A stretch of DNA of 64,000 nt from Bacteroidota bacterium (GTDB taxonomy: Bacteria; Bacteroidota; Bacteroidia; NS11-12g; UBA955): NCBI GenBank assembly GCA_025354385.1, contig JANXMZ010000026.1, positions 3,400 to 67,399 of the forward strand. The letters run 5' to 3'. A program made the translations under genes and the position numbers. The notes under the pieces are model-generated. The model was not told the origin of the DNA and made no database searches. It saw only the letters and a program-made list of their open reading frames with translations. Position 1 is the first letter of the stretch. Each line of letters opens with the position of its first letter. Below, one piece after another: positions 48,708 to 58,065 of this stretch.

Positions 48708-49634
48708 ATGATATATTTGCCTTACATTCATCATAAATTTATGTTAATCAATAAAAAATTGCCAATTACTTATATTCTCAAAAATGTTAGAGCTGAGTTG
48801 ACTTATGTTTTCATCATTTCTATTGGTGTTTATTTATTAACCCACTTATTCAAAGAGAGTGTACCCGCAATGCCACTTACCATTCCTACATTCATTGGTA
48901 CAGCCATTTCAATTTTATTGTCTTTTAAATTAAACCAATCTTACGACCGCTGGTGGGAAGCCCGCAAGGCTTGGGGCAGCATTGTTAATGATTCGCGAAG
49001 TTTAGTAATGCAACTCAAAAGTTTCATAGGACCTGAGCATCAATTTAATATCAAAACCATTGCGTATAGACAAATAGCTTGGTGCTATTCCTTGGGTCAG
49101 AATTTAAGAAATTTAAATCCCACAGATAATATCGAAGCATTTGTTTCAGAAAAAGAATTGCTTTCACTTCAAAAACATCACCATGTGCCACTGGTACTTT
49201 TATCAAACCAATCTGCAGATCTTACTGAACTCAGAAAGAACCATCAAATAGAACTTTTTTCTCAATTTCAATTAGATAATACTTTGGTAAGATTATGTGA
49301 TTCGATGGGCAAGGTAGAGCGCATTAAAAGCACAGTGTTTCCTGTAACCTACAGAATATTTCTTCAATTTATGATTTATATTTTCGTTGTGACGCTTTCG
49401 ATTTCACTAACAGATATTCCATTTTATTTCGAAATTCCACTTTTAATTGTCATTTCGGGAGTATTTTTTTTATTGGAGAAAACAGCGGCATTGATGCAAG
49501 AACCATTTAGCAATCTCCCTACTGATACGCCAATGACGGCCATTGCCAGAAATATTGAAATTAATATCAGGGAAATTCTCGGTGAAAAGGAATTGCCAAA
49601 ACCTTATCAGATGGGGACCTTTTATTTAGATTAA
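48708..49634 (+). CDS. bestrophin-family (UPF0187/YneE-like) ion channel
   Basis: LSFKLNQSYDRWWEARKAWGSIVNDSR is the typical family core, with 4 TM helices. An alternative start exists at 48741. Confidence 0.78.
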   Translation: MIYLPYIHHKFMLINKKLPITYILKNVRAELTYVFIISIGVYLLTHLFKESVPAMPLTIPTFIGTAISILLSFKLNQSYDRWWEARKAWGSIVNDSRSLVMQLKSFIGPEHQFNIKTIAYRQIAWCYSLGQNLRNLNPTDNIEAFVSEKELLSLQKHHHVPLVLLSNQSADLTELRKNHQIELFSQFQLDNTLVRLCDSMGKVERIKSTVFPVTYRIFLQFMIYIFVVTLSISLTDIPFYFEIPLLIVISGVFFLLEKTAALMQEPFSNLPTDTPMTAIARNIEINIREILGEKELPKPYQMGTFYLD

Positions 49635-49683
49635 AAACACTCAGGAAATAAAATCAAGCCACTTATTTGCCACCGAGCCATAT

Positions 49684-50358
49684 TTAATCGAGTACCTTAA
49701 ACAACAAGTCATCCAAAAACTTTGCTGCAAATCTATATTTGTTCTGAGGAACTACATCTGTTAATTTGGGCAAATATTTTGCAAAATATTGCTGATCATG
49801 CGCTGTTTCTATTAATGTGGTACTTAAAGATTTAGGGTATTTGTAAGTAGGATTATAAGCCATTATTATTTCAGCAATTTGATCGCATAAATCTTTATAT
49901 GGCTTAAATACTTCTTCTTTGTTAATACGTTCAACCTCTTTTACAAAATATGTTTTACTTCCTTCGGCAATAACAATATGGTTTAAATACTTGCAATTAT
50001 AATTAAGATATTCTGGATGGGGTGGCAAATCACTGGTTAAGAGTTGAATGATAAATTTTAACTTAGCCTTTGGGTCTTTAATATTTTGCAATTCAAACAT
50101 AACATTAAACTCTAAGTAAGTCCAATACCAATTCAAAATATACAACAACAAGCGATGCTTATTTTCAAAATATCTGTAAATACTGGCCTCTGTTGTGTTA
50201 ACTAATTTTGCCAATTTCTTAAATGTAAAATTTTCAAATCCAACTTCATAGATAAGGTCTATTCCGCTTTTAATTATTTGCTTCCCTAACTCACTTCCTT
50301 CGGGATCTCGAAGATATAATTTATCATTTACTTTAAAAGTTACCTTGAAATTCATCAT
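49684..50358 (-). CDS. TetR/AcrR-family transcriptional regulator
   Basis: HTH FENFTFKKLAKLVNTTEASIYRYFENKHRLL. Divergent from the ABC/HlyD/TolC operon. Confidence 0.85.
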   Translation of the reverse strand: MMNFKVTFKVNDKLYLRDPEGSELGKQIIKSGIDLIYEVGFENFTFKKLAKLVNTTEASIYRYFENKHRLLLYILNWYWTYLEFNVMFELQNIKDPKAKLKFIIQLLTSDLPPHPEYLNYNCKYLNHIVIAEGSKTYFVKEVERINKEEVFKPYKDLCDQIAEIIMAYNPTYKYPKSLSTTLIETAHDQQYFAKYLPKLTDVVPQNKYRFAAKFLDDLLFKVLD

Positions 50359-50405
50359 TTATTCTAATGCTGCAAATCTATATATTCTGATGAGTACTTA
50401 AGGTA

Positions 50406-50480
50406 TAACTATTTTCTATAGAACTATTACAACTATTTACAATAGTATTACTATTATTTAATAAAGTATTATTATCTTTG
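50406..50480 (+). promoter_or_regulatory. candidate operator/promoter: ACTATT hexamer array with palindrome ACTATT-TAC-AATAGT and -7 box TATCTTTG
   Basis: AACTATT at 50406, 50422 and 50431. Perfect 6-3-6 palindrome at 50432-50446. ACTATT at 50450. TATCTTTG at 50473-50480. Confidence 0.4.
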
Positions 50481-50500
50481 CCAACATAAATTAATTAAGC

Positions 50501-52165
50501 ATGACAAAAGTTAACTCATTAGAAAGGCTATGGCAATTACTATTTAAGGAACGAAATGAGATTATTGCCATCTATTTTTATGCGATATTAAGTGGTCTAC
50601 TGCAGTTAACAGTTCCCTTAGGAGTTCAATCTATCATTGGCTTTGTGCTTGGTGCAGCTATGGTAACTTCTATTTATGTGCTCATATTTGTAATTGTGCT
50701 TGCTGTTTTAATAGTAGGCCTTTTTCAAATTAATCAAATGAAAATTATTGAAAGATTACAACAGCAAATATTCACGCGTTATGCTTTTGCATTTTCCGAA
50801 AATATTGCACAAATTGACTTAAAAAAAGCCGATCAATATTATCTTCCCGAAAAAGTAAACCGTTTTTTTGACACCCAAGTGCTCCAGAAAGGACTATCAA
50901 AAATTCTTTTAGATATTCCTGCCGCCTCTATACAAATTACGCTGGGTTTACTGCTACTTTCACTTTACCATCCCATTTTTATCATCTTTGGTTTCTTGTT
51001 GATTTTTATTCTTTGGTTCATTCTAAAAATAACAGCCAGTAAAGGTTACTCAACAAGTTTAGAAGAAAGCTCATACAAATACGCCGTGGCCGCTTGGTTT
51101 GAGGAAATGGCGCGTACGATAAAATCATTCAAATTTAGCCAGGGTAGCCATCTCAACCTAAAAAATACCGATCAAAATGTTGTAAAATATTTGAAAGCAA
51201 AAACAGCCCATTTTAAAGTTCTATTATTTCAATTCAGAAGTTTGGTTGTTTTTAAAGTCGCCATCACATCTTCAATGTTGATTGTAGGCACCTATCTTTT
51301 GCTCAATCAACAATTGAATATTGGTGAATTTATTGCAGCAGAAATTGTTATTCTTTCTGTAATTAGCGCTGTAGAAAAACTAATTGGCAGTTTGGACAAT
51401 GTATATGATGTTATTACTAGCCTTGAAAAACTGGCCACTATTACCGAAAGTGAGTTAGAGCCAAATGGGAATATCCCTTTTACAAATACTTCTAAGGGAG
51501 TAGAAATAGAATTTCACAATGTTGGCTTCGGATTTACTTCCAATAAACCAATTTTCAAAAACTTGAATTTTAGAATCCCAGCAAGCAGCAAGGTAGCCAT
51601 CACTGGAGCAGAGAGCGTTGGAAAATCGACTATGTTATGTTTAATGAGCGGCAATTACAATGATTTTGAAGGTTCTATTTTCTTAAATCAAGTACCCATT
51701 AATAATTACGACTTGGGAGAATTAAGGCAGAATACTGGGGTATATTTAAACGAACAAGACCTGTTTTCTGGAACTGTATTGGATAATATTGGCATGGGGC
51801 ATCCCAATAATACGGCAGAAAAAATATCCTTACTAGCAGAAAGTATCGGCATAAGAAATTATCTAACAGGTTTGCCAAATGGATTTCAAACTATATTGGA
51901 TCCTTCTGGCAAAAAACTACCAGAGACCGTTGCCAAAAAGATTTTACTACTAAGAGCACTTATCAATGAACCATCCCTATTACTGCTCGAGGAACCATGG
52001 CAAGGGCTTGACAAAACATTAAAAACCAATATTTGTAAATACATATTCAATAAAATACCCTACAGTACAGTGTTTGTAGTTACTAATGATGAAGAATTTA
52101 CTAGTAAATGTGATTATGAAATTAACATTTCTAACAATGAAACAAAACTTATCAAAAATAATTAA
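50501..52165 (+). CDS. ABC exporter half-transporter (TMD-NBD) with degenerate ATPase motifs
   Basis: 6-TM domain and Walker A GAESVGKST. However, the signature is PSGKK, Walker B is LLLLEEP and the H-loop position is VVTNDE. Confidence 0.85.
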   Translation: MTKVNSLERLWQLLFKERNEIIAIYFYAILSGLLQLTVPLGVQSIIGFVLGAAMVTSIYVLIFVIVLAVLIVGLFQINQMKIIERLQQQIFTRYAFAFSENIAQIDLKKADQYYLPEKVNRFFDTQVLQKGLSKILLDIPAASIQITLGLLLLSLYHPIFIIFGFLLIFILWFILKITASKGYSTSLEESSYKYAVAAWFEEMARTIKSFKFSQGSHLNLKNTDQNVVKYLKAKTAHFKVLLFQFRSLVVFKVAITSSMLIVGTYLLLNQQLNIGEFIAAEIVILSVISAVEKLIGSLDNVYDVITSLEKLATITESELEPNGNIPFTNTSKGVEIEFHNVGFGFTSNKPIFKNLNFRIPASSKVAITGAESVGKSTMLCLMSGNYNDFEGSIFLNQVPINNYDLGELRQNTGVYLNEQDLFSGTVLDNIGMGHPNNTAEKISLLAESIGIRNYLTGLPNGFQTILDPSGKKLPETVAKKILLLRALINEPSLLLLEEPWQGLDKTLKTNICKYIFNKIPYSTVFVVTNDEEFTSKCDYEINISNNETKLIKNN

Positions 52166-52174
52166 GGCTCTAAT

Positions 52175-53476
52175 ATGAAATATCCTATTCCTTTAAATGC
52201 TTGGTCGCAAATTTACCTAGAAGGCCAAAAAAATAAGATTAAATTTTGGTTTTGGAGCATCCTTATTTTCATGGCCATTATTATGGTTTTACCTTGGACG
52301 CAAAACATTAAATCAAAAGGAAATATTACTACCTTGTATCAGGAAGAAAGACCACAGGATGTGAATTCGCCTATACCTGGAAAAATAGCAAAATGGTGGG
52401 TTAAAGAAGGTGATTTTGTGCGTAAAGGTGATACTATCTTGCAACTTACTGAAATAAAAGAGGATTATTTAGATCCCTCTCTTGTAATGCGAACCAAAGA
52501 ACAAGTAGATGCAAAAAAAGAAAGCATAGGCTTTTATGAAGGTAAAATCATCACATCAACCAATCAAATAGAGGCATTAGAAAAGGCACAAGCTTTCAAA
52601 ATTGCTCAATTGAATAACAAACAAAAACAAATTGAAAATAAATTAAAAGGAGAAAATGCTGAATTAGTAGCTGCAGAAAATGAACATCAGTTGATAAAAA
52701 ATCAATTTGAACGACAACAAAAAATGTTTGATGAAGGCTTAGTATCACAAACACAACTGCAGCAGCGAAATGCAGCCTATCAGAACGCTTTGGCAAAGAA
52801 AATTTCTGCTGAGAATAAGATAGAACAAACCAAGCAAGATTTACTCAATGTTAAAATTGAACAAAATGGCATCGTGCAGGAATACATTGAAAAAATTAAT
52901 AAGGCCGAAAGCGATCGTTTTCAAAGTCAAAGCACCATTGCAGGCACTCAAGGAGAAGTTGCTAAACTGCAAAACCAACTTAGCAATTATACAATAAGAA
53001 ATGAGATGTACATTGTATTAGCGCCTCAAGACGGTCAGATCATTCAAGCCAAAAAAGCGGGCATTGGAGAAATTCTAAAAGAGGGAGAGCGCATTACCGT
53101 TATAGTACCAAAAGCCAAACACTTTGCAGTGGAAATGTTCGTTAGACCGGTGGATTTGCCACTTATTAATGTTGGACAGAAAGTGCGATTTACTTTTGAT
53201 GGATTTCCAGCCATTGTTTTCAGTGGTTGGCCCGAGAATAGCTATGGTACATTTGGAGGTAAAATAGTAGCCTACGAGAGTGCCATTAGTCAGAATGGAT
53301 TATTTAGAGTGTTGGTTGCGGAAGACCCGAATGACAGGAAGTGGCCAGATCAATTAAAAATAGGAAGTGGTGCTCAAGCAATAACCCTGCTAAAAGATGT
53401 TCCAATTTGGTATGAATTATGGCGAAATATCAATGGATTTCCACCACATTATTACGAAATAAAAAAAGAAAAATAA
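52175..53476 (+). CDS. HlyD-family membrane fusion protein
   Basis: N-terminal TM helix, lipoyl-like region PIPGKIAKWWVKEGDFVRKGDTILQL, a long coiled coil and a beta-barrel domain. Confidence 0.9.
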   Translation: MKYPIPLNAWSQIYLEGQKNKIKFWFWSILIFMAIIMVLPWTQNIKSKGNITTLYQEERPQDVNSPIPGKIAKWWVKEGDFVRKGDTILQLTEIKEDYLDPSLVMRTKEQVDAKKESIGFYEGKIITSTNQIEALEKAQAFKIAQLNNKQKQIENKLKGENAELVAAENEHQLIKNQFERQQKMFDEGLVSQTQLQQRNAAYQNALAKKISAENKIEQTKQDLLNVKIEQNGIVQEYIEKINKAESDRFQSQSTIAGTQGEVAKLQNQLSNYTIRNEMYIVLAPQDGQIIQAKKAGIGEILKEGERITVIVPKAKHFAVEMFVRPVDLPLINVGQKVRFTFDGFPAIVFSGWPENSYGTFGGKIVAYESAISQNGLFRVLVAEDPNDRKWPDQLKIGSGAQAITLLKDVPIWYELWRNINGFPPHYYEIKKEK

Positions 53477-53478
53477 TT

Positions 53479-54924
53479 ATGAAATCTATCATTCAAAATA
53501 TTACAAATATTGCTTTAAAAAGGATATTCATTGTAGTAATTATTGGAATCAATACAATCCTTATTTCAAAAGCTCAAGATTCACTTTTGACTTTGAATTC
53601 TGAACAAGTTTTACTAATCGTAAGAGAATTTCATCCTCTGGTGCGACAGACTAAAATTGGTATTGAAAAGGCAAATGCTGACATATTATTGGCCAGAAGT
53701 GCATTCGACCCCCTAATAAGTTACCAATCCTCTGGTAAAAATTTCAGTGGTTTAAATTATTATCAGCACCATGCCCCTGAAATCAAAATACCAACCTGGT
53801 ATGGAATCGAGATTCAAGGAGGATATGAAAAACTGACTGGCAATAGAATCGATCCAACACAAACCCTGGGCACAACCAATTACATCGGCATTAATATACC
53901 TTTATTGAAAAATTTAGTGCTCGATAAAAGAAGGGCCATTCTTCAACAATCTAAAATTTTCTTGAACATGGCCGTTGTGGAACAAAAAGCAATCATGAAT
54001 GATTTAGCTATTCATGCAATAGAAGCTTATTGGAGTTGGGTAAAAGCTTATCAATCTTTTAAGGTTGCTCAAAATAACGTTCAAATAAGTGAGGCAAGAT
54101 TTAATTGGATACGTGCCACATACAAACATGGTGAACGTCCTGCAATAGACACCATTGAGGCGCTATCACAATTGCAGAATTTTAAATACCAGCAAAGTGT
54201 TTTGTGGTTAGAATTTCAAAATTCTGGATTACAATTGTCTGCCTATTTATGGAAAAGTAATAATGAGCCGTATTACCTGCCAGAAGTGGTGATTCCTCAA
54301 AATAATTGGGAAGACGAAACAAGTATTCGTTCGTTTAATTTAGAGCTTAATTACCTATTGGAAATTGCTTCCACAAATCACCCGCACTTGAAACTTTACG
54401 ATTTTAAAATCGATTATTTAACGATTGAAAAACGATTGAAATTTCAAGAATTATTACCCAAGGTTGATTTAAAATATAACATGCTAGGCAAGGATTTAGA
54501 ATGGTCGAAAACAATTACGAATAGCAGTCCTTTTGAGAACAACTATCAATACGGATTAAAAATTGAAATTCCTTTAAGATTGTCACAAGGAAGAAGCGAG
54601 TATAAAAAATCTCAATTAAAAATTGAAGAAACAGAATTAGACATTAACCAAAAACGTTACAACATTCAATTAAAAGTAAGAAGTTATCACAACGAACTGA
54701 CTGCATTGAAAAATCAAATAGAATTACAAAGCAGCAATTATAACAATTGTCTCTTATTAGTGAAAGCCGAAGAAATCCGCCTCAACAATGGAGAGAGTTC
54801 ATTATTCGTTGTCAACTCAAGAGAAAACAAGGCCTTGGAAGCTTTGGAAAAACTGATTGATTTAAAGACGAAATTCTATAAAACAATTTATGCACTTCAA
54901 TGGAGCGCCGGATTGCTTCAATAA
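53479..54924 (+). CDS. TolC-family outer-membrane efflux protein
   Basis: The ATG at 53479 gives a signal peptide. Two TolC repeat halves are present. The ORF-track start at 53419 overlaps hlyD. Confidence 0.88.
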   Translation: MKSIIQNITNIALKRIFIVVIIGINTILISKAQDSLLTLNSEQVLLIVREFHPLVRQTKIGIEKANADILLARSAFDPLISYQSSGKNFSGLNYYQHHAPEIKIPTWYGIEIQGGYEKLTGNRIDPTQTLGTTNYIGINIPLLKNLVLDKRRAILQQSKIFLNMAVVEQKAIMNDLAIHAIEAYWSWVKAYQSFKVAQNNVQISEARFNWIRATYKHGERPAIDTIEALSQLQNFKYQQSVLWLEFQNSGLQLSAYLWKSNNEPYYLPEVVIPQNNWEDETSIRSFNLELNYLLEIASTNHPHLKLYDFKIDYLTIEKRLKFQELLPKVDLKYNMLGKDLEWSKTITNSSPFENNYQYGLKIEIPLRLSQGRSEYKKSQLKIEETELDINQKRYNIQLKVRSYHNELTALKNQIELQSSNYNNCLLLVKAEEIRLNNGESSLFVVNSRENKALEALEKLIDLKTKFYKTIYALQWSAGLLQ

Positions 54925-55889
54925 AAATTTCTTTCCGTGGTAATCCTTTCTAATTTGTCAATATGTTCTTTCAACCAATGCGAATACACCTGCTGACCGC
55001 GTTCATTTAAATGACAGGATTCTGCAAAAATGGAATCTTGGGGATAGGCAGATAAATCAGAAAAAGTGCCAATGATTTTTTCTCCTCCAATTACCTGATT
55101 TATTTTTTGCCACCATATACGGTGTTCCTCTGCAAAAAGCTTTTTTGCGGTGCGCGTATAATCATTTCGCTTTGGGGGAATCACAAAAATTAATTCAATA
55201 TTATGAGTGTTGCAAAACTGTTTAATTTTACCTAGGTATTCAAATTCCAACTCTGCCCAACCATACCTTTTTACATCAAACCAATCTTCATCAATTTTTC
55301 GAAAATTGGCGGCACTTTTGGTAAGTTTAATTGACCCAAAGTCACCAGGTATTTTATCAATTATACCAAGCGTAGGAGATGCAGTTTCAGAAAACCTGCT
55401 ATACACTACTTGTTTAAATTTTGTGAAGTAAACAGATGCATCCTTTTGTCGCATCGCCCAAGTAGTACTTGCATCCAAATCTAAAAACATAATTTGATTT
55501 CTGTAATAATAATACCCTTTAGAAAAGATCCACGGATCTAGTCCTACTATTATTTTTTTTGGGTGCTTGTATGGATAGTACTTTTTTAACAATAAATAAA
55601 AAACAATGGGATCTCTTGCATCCTTAGACAAGTTAAGCCATTGTGAATTACTATCGCTCAAGGCAGAAGCAGATAAACCATATCGCAGGGAAGATGACCC
55701 AAAAATATACCCTTCGGCTTGGGGTATTTTATGAATCCATGCAAAGTTATTTAAATCTTCCTCATAAGATTTTTCCAATTGGCTTTCACTCAACATGTAT
55801 TTCTTTGATGAAACTAAACCAACAATTATAAGTACCAACAAAGTTGGTAATAGATAATTTTTGGCAACGAATTTTATAAAGCTATGCAT
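54918..55889 (-). CDS. membrane-anchored SGNH/GDSL-like protein partnered with MBOAT (AlgJ/PatB/DUF1574-like)
   Basis: N-terminal TM helix, block-I-like YIFGSSSLRYG and block-V-like AESCHLNERG. Starts 2 nt after the MBOAT stop. Confidence 0.55.
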   Translation of the reverse strand: MHSFIKFVAKNYLLPTLLVLIIVGLVSSKKYMLSESQLEKSYEEDLNNFAWIHKIPQAEGYIFGSSSLRYGLSASALSDSNSQWLNLSKDARDPIVFYLLLKKYYPYKHPKKIIVGLDPWIFSKGYYYYRNQIMFLDLDASTTWAMRQKDASVYFTKFKQVVYSRFSETASPTLGIIDKIPGDFGSIKLTKSAANFRKIDEDWFDVKRYGWAELEFEYLGKIKQFCNTHNIELIFVIPPKRNDYTRTAKKLFAEEHRIWWQKINQVIGGEKIIGTFSDLSAYPQDSIFAESCHLNERGQQVYSHWLKEHIDKLERITTERNFY

Positions 55890-55891
55890 TT

Positions 55892-57328
55892 TTAAAATTG
55901 AAAATAAATAAACGTAGTTTCCCTATAAATATTGAAAAGAATAAGGATGATCAGTAAAGCCGAAATAATGAATTCTACCCATGGTTGCTTAATGCTTATT
56001 TCTCTTTCATTTCTCCTCAAATACCAGTCGCCCCCCAATAAAACAAAGATGTAAACAAATACCATTTTGCTGACGCCTAATTCAAATATTTGAGACGGTG
56101 AATGAAGTAAACTGCCCATCATTCTTTTTAGATAATCTATTGCAATCGTTATGTTATCGGCTCTAAAAAACACCCACGCCAAAGTAACAAAAACAAAGGT
56201 AGTACCCATTTGCCAAAGCTCCTTTAAATTAGGCCATTGCCTATTTTGGGCAACCACATCTGTTACATGTTTCCTGTTTTTATTCATTATTAAAAGTGGT
56301 AGAAAGGCACATGCATGCATGAATCCCCAAACAATAAAATTCCAGCTGGCACCATGCCAAAAACCGCTGACAATAAAAATAATAAATGTATTACGCACCG
56401 CCCTGGCCTTCCCCGATTTAGAACCACCTAAAGGAATGTACAAATAATCGCGAAACCAAGATGAAAGTGAAATATGCCAACGCCTCCAAAACTCTGCAAT
56501 ATCACGCGAAAAGTAAGGAAACTTAAAATTGCTCAGCAATTCAAAACCAAACAACTTGGCGGTTCCAATTGCAATATCTGAATACCCACTAAAGTCGCCA
56601 TAAATTTGAAAACTAAAAGCAATAGCTCCAGTAATTAATGTTATGCCATTGTAGTCTTGATAATTTTGAAATACAGTATTAACCGTTTCAGCCAAGGTAT
56701 CTGCTATTACCACTTTCTTAAACAAACCCCAAAGTATAAGCCGGGTTCCTTGAATAGCTTGTTGGTAATTAAATTGTCTTCGTTTCTGAATTTGCGGTAA
56801 AAGATGATTAGCCCTTTCAATTGGACCGGCCACTAGCAAAGGAAAAAAGCTTACAAACATAGCGTAATCTACAAAATTCGAAACTGTCTTTTGTTGCCCT
56901 CGGTAAATATCAAAAACATAAGACATGCCATGAAAGGTGTAAAACGAGATGCCAATGGGCAAAGCCAATTCAAGCATCATAGGATGGGTATGCAACCCCA
57001 GCAATTCAAAACCTTGTTGGAATTGTACGGCAAAAAAATTATAATATTTAAAAACACAAAGAATGCCCAGATTATTAATGACGCTCAACCATAAGAAAAG
57101 CTTTGCTTTTTTCCTGTTAGGAGAGGCCACCCAAAAACCATATAAATAATCTAACAAGGTACTGAGTGCAAGAAGACCCAGAAATTGGTAACTCCACCAA
57201 CCGTAAAAAAAATAACTGGCTAACAAAATCAAGCCATTCTGCCACCGCAGCGTTCGGTTAAAAACGAACCAATAGAGTAGGAATACTATTGGCAAGAAAA
57301 TTAAAAATTCGAATGAATTAAAAAGCAC
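55892..57328 (-). CDS. MBOAT-family O-acyltransferase (AlgI/DltB/PatA-like)
   Basis: Polytopic protein with FWRRWHISLSSWFRDYLYIPLGG and the conserved His region WHGASWNF. Confidence 0.92.
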   Translation of the reverse strand: MLFNSFEFLIFLPIVFLLYWFVFNRTLRWQNGLILLASYFFYGWWSYQFLGLLALSTLLDYLYGFWVASPNRKKAKLFLWLSVINNLGILCVFKYYNFFAVQFQQGFELLGLHTHPMMLELALPIGISFYTFHGMSYVFDIYRGQQKTVSNFVDYAMFVSFFPLLVAGPIERANHLLPQIQKRRQFNYQQAIQGTRLILWGLFKKVVIADTLAETVNTVFQNYQDYNGITLITGAIAFSFQIYGDFSGYSDIAIGTAKLFGFELLSNFKFPYFSRDIAEFWRRWHISLSSWFRDYLYIPLGGSKSGKARAVRNTFIIFIVSGFWHGASWNFIVWGFMHACAFLPLLIMNKNRKHVTDVVAQNRQWPNLKELWQMGTTFVFVTLAWVFFRADNITIAIDYLKRMMGSLLHSPSQIFELGVSKMVFVYIFVLLGGDWYLRRNEREISIKQPWVEFIISALLIILILFNIYRETTFIYFQF

Positions 57329-57505
57329 TGGTTATTTTAACTAGGTAGGCAACAAAACTAAAGCTTTTTTAATGTGCGAACCTCATAGGCCTTTTAAACA
57401 AATTGAGGCATTGTTTACAAAAATTGTCAGTTTTGAAAGAGCCTGCTTAATGCTTTAACAATTCGATAAAAAACCAAAAAGTTAAGACAATGTTAAAATG
57501 AATGC

Positions 57506-57535
57506 TTGTTTATGGTTTATAAAACGCTATCTTTG
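57506..57535 (+). promoter_or_regulatory. candidate promoter TTG-N19-TATCTTTG for tRNA-fMet
   Basis: TTG at 57506-57508 and TATCTTTG at 57528-57535; the tRNA starts at 57549. Confidence 0.5.
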
Positions 57536-57548
57536 CAGTCCTATAAAT

Positions 57549-57620
<72 letters not shown>

Positions 57621-57635
57621 CAAAGAAAAGAAAAA

Positions 57636-57659
57636 CCCCGCTATCAGCGGGGTTTTTTT
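57636..57659 (+). terminator. rho-independent terminator after tRNA-fMet
   Basis: ccccgct-atc-agcgggg followed by T7. Confidence 0.75.
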
Positions 57660-57705
57660 ATGAATCAAAAGAGCGCAAAACTTTGTTTTGCAGCGATTGA
57701 GACTC

Positions 57706-57908
57706 ATAAAAAAATAGGCTTGCATAGCAAGCCGCATTTCATTTCTTTGTTAAGCCCTCCCATACAGGTCCTTTGCCGCGAGGCAAAAATCCTGTCCCCA
57801 CATTTACCCATAAAAAAAAAAGGTCTGCAAAGCAGGCCGCCTTTTCATTTCTTGTTAAGCCCTCCCCTAAGGTCCATCAGCCAAAGGCTGATAGTCCTGT
57901 CCCCGCAA
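57706..57908 (+). repeat. two tandem ~104-bp structured units, each ending in a copy of the tRNA-fMet 3' end
   Basis: Unit A is 57706-57802 and unit B is 57810-57908. Unit B ends in agtcctgtccccgcaa, identical to tRNA bases 57605-57620. Confidence 0.75.
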
Positions 57909-58065
57909 TAATCTAAAATTAAAATTGTTCAATTTTTTCAACAAAAAAATTCTTCCATTTTACATCAATACAATTATTTACCTCAATTATTCGATTTTTA
58001 TACATTCAATGATTTGATTTTAAAATTAAATTTGATAGCTTTGACTAAAACTAACATCATATAAA

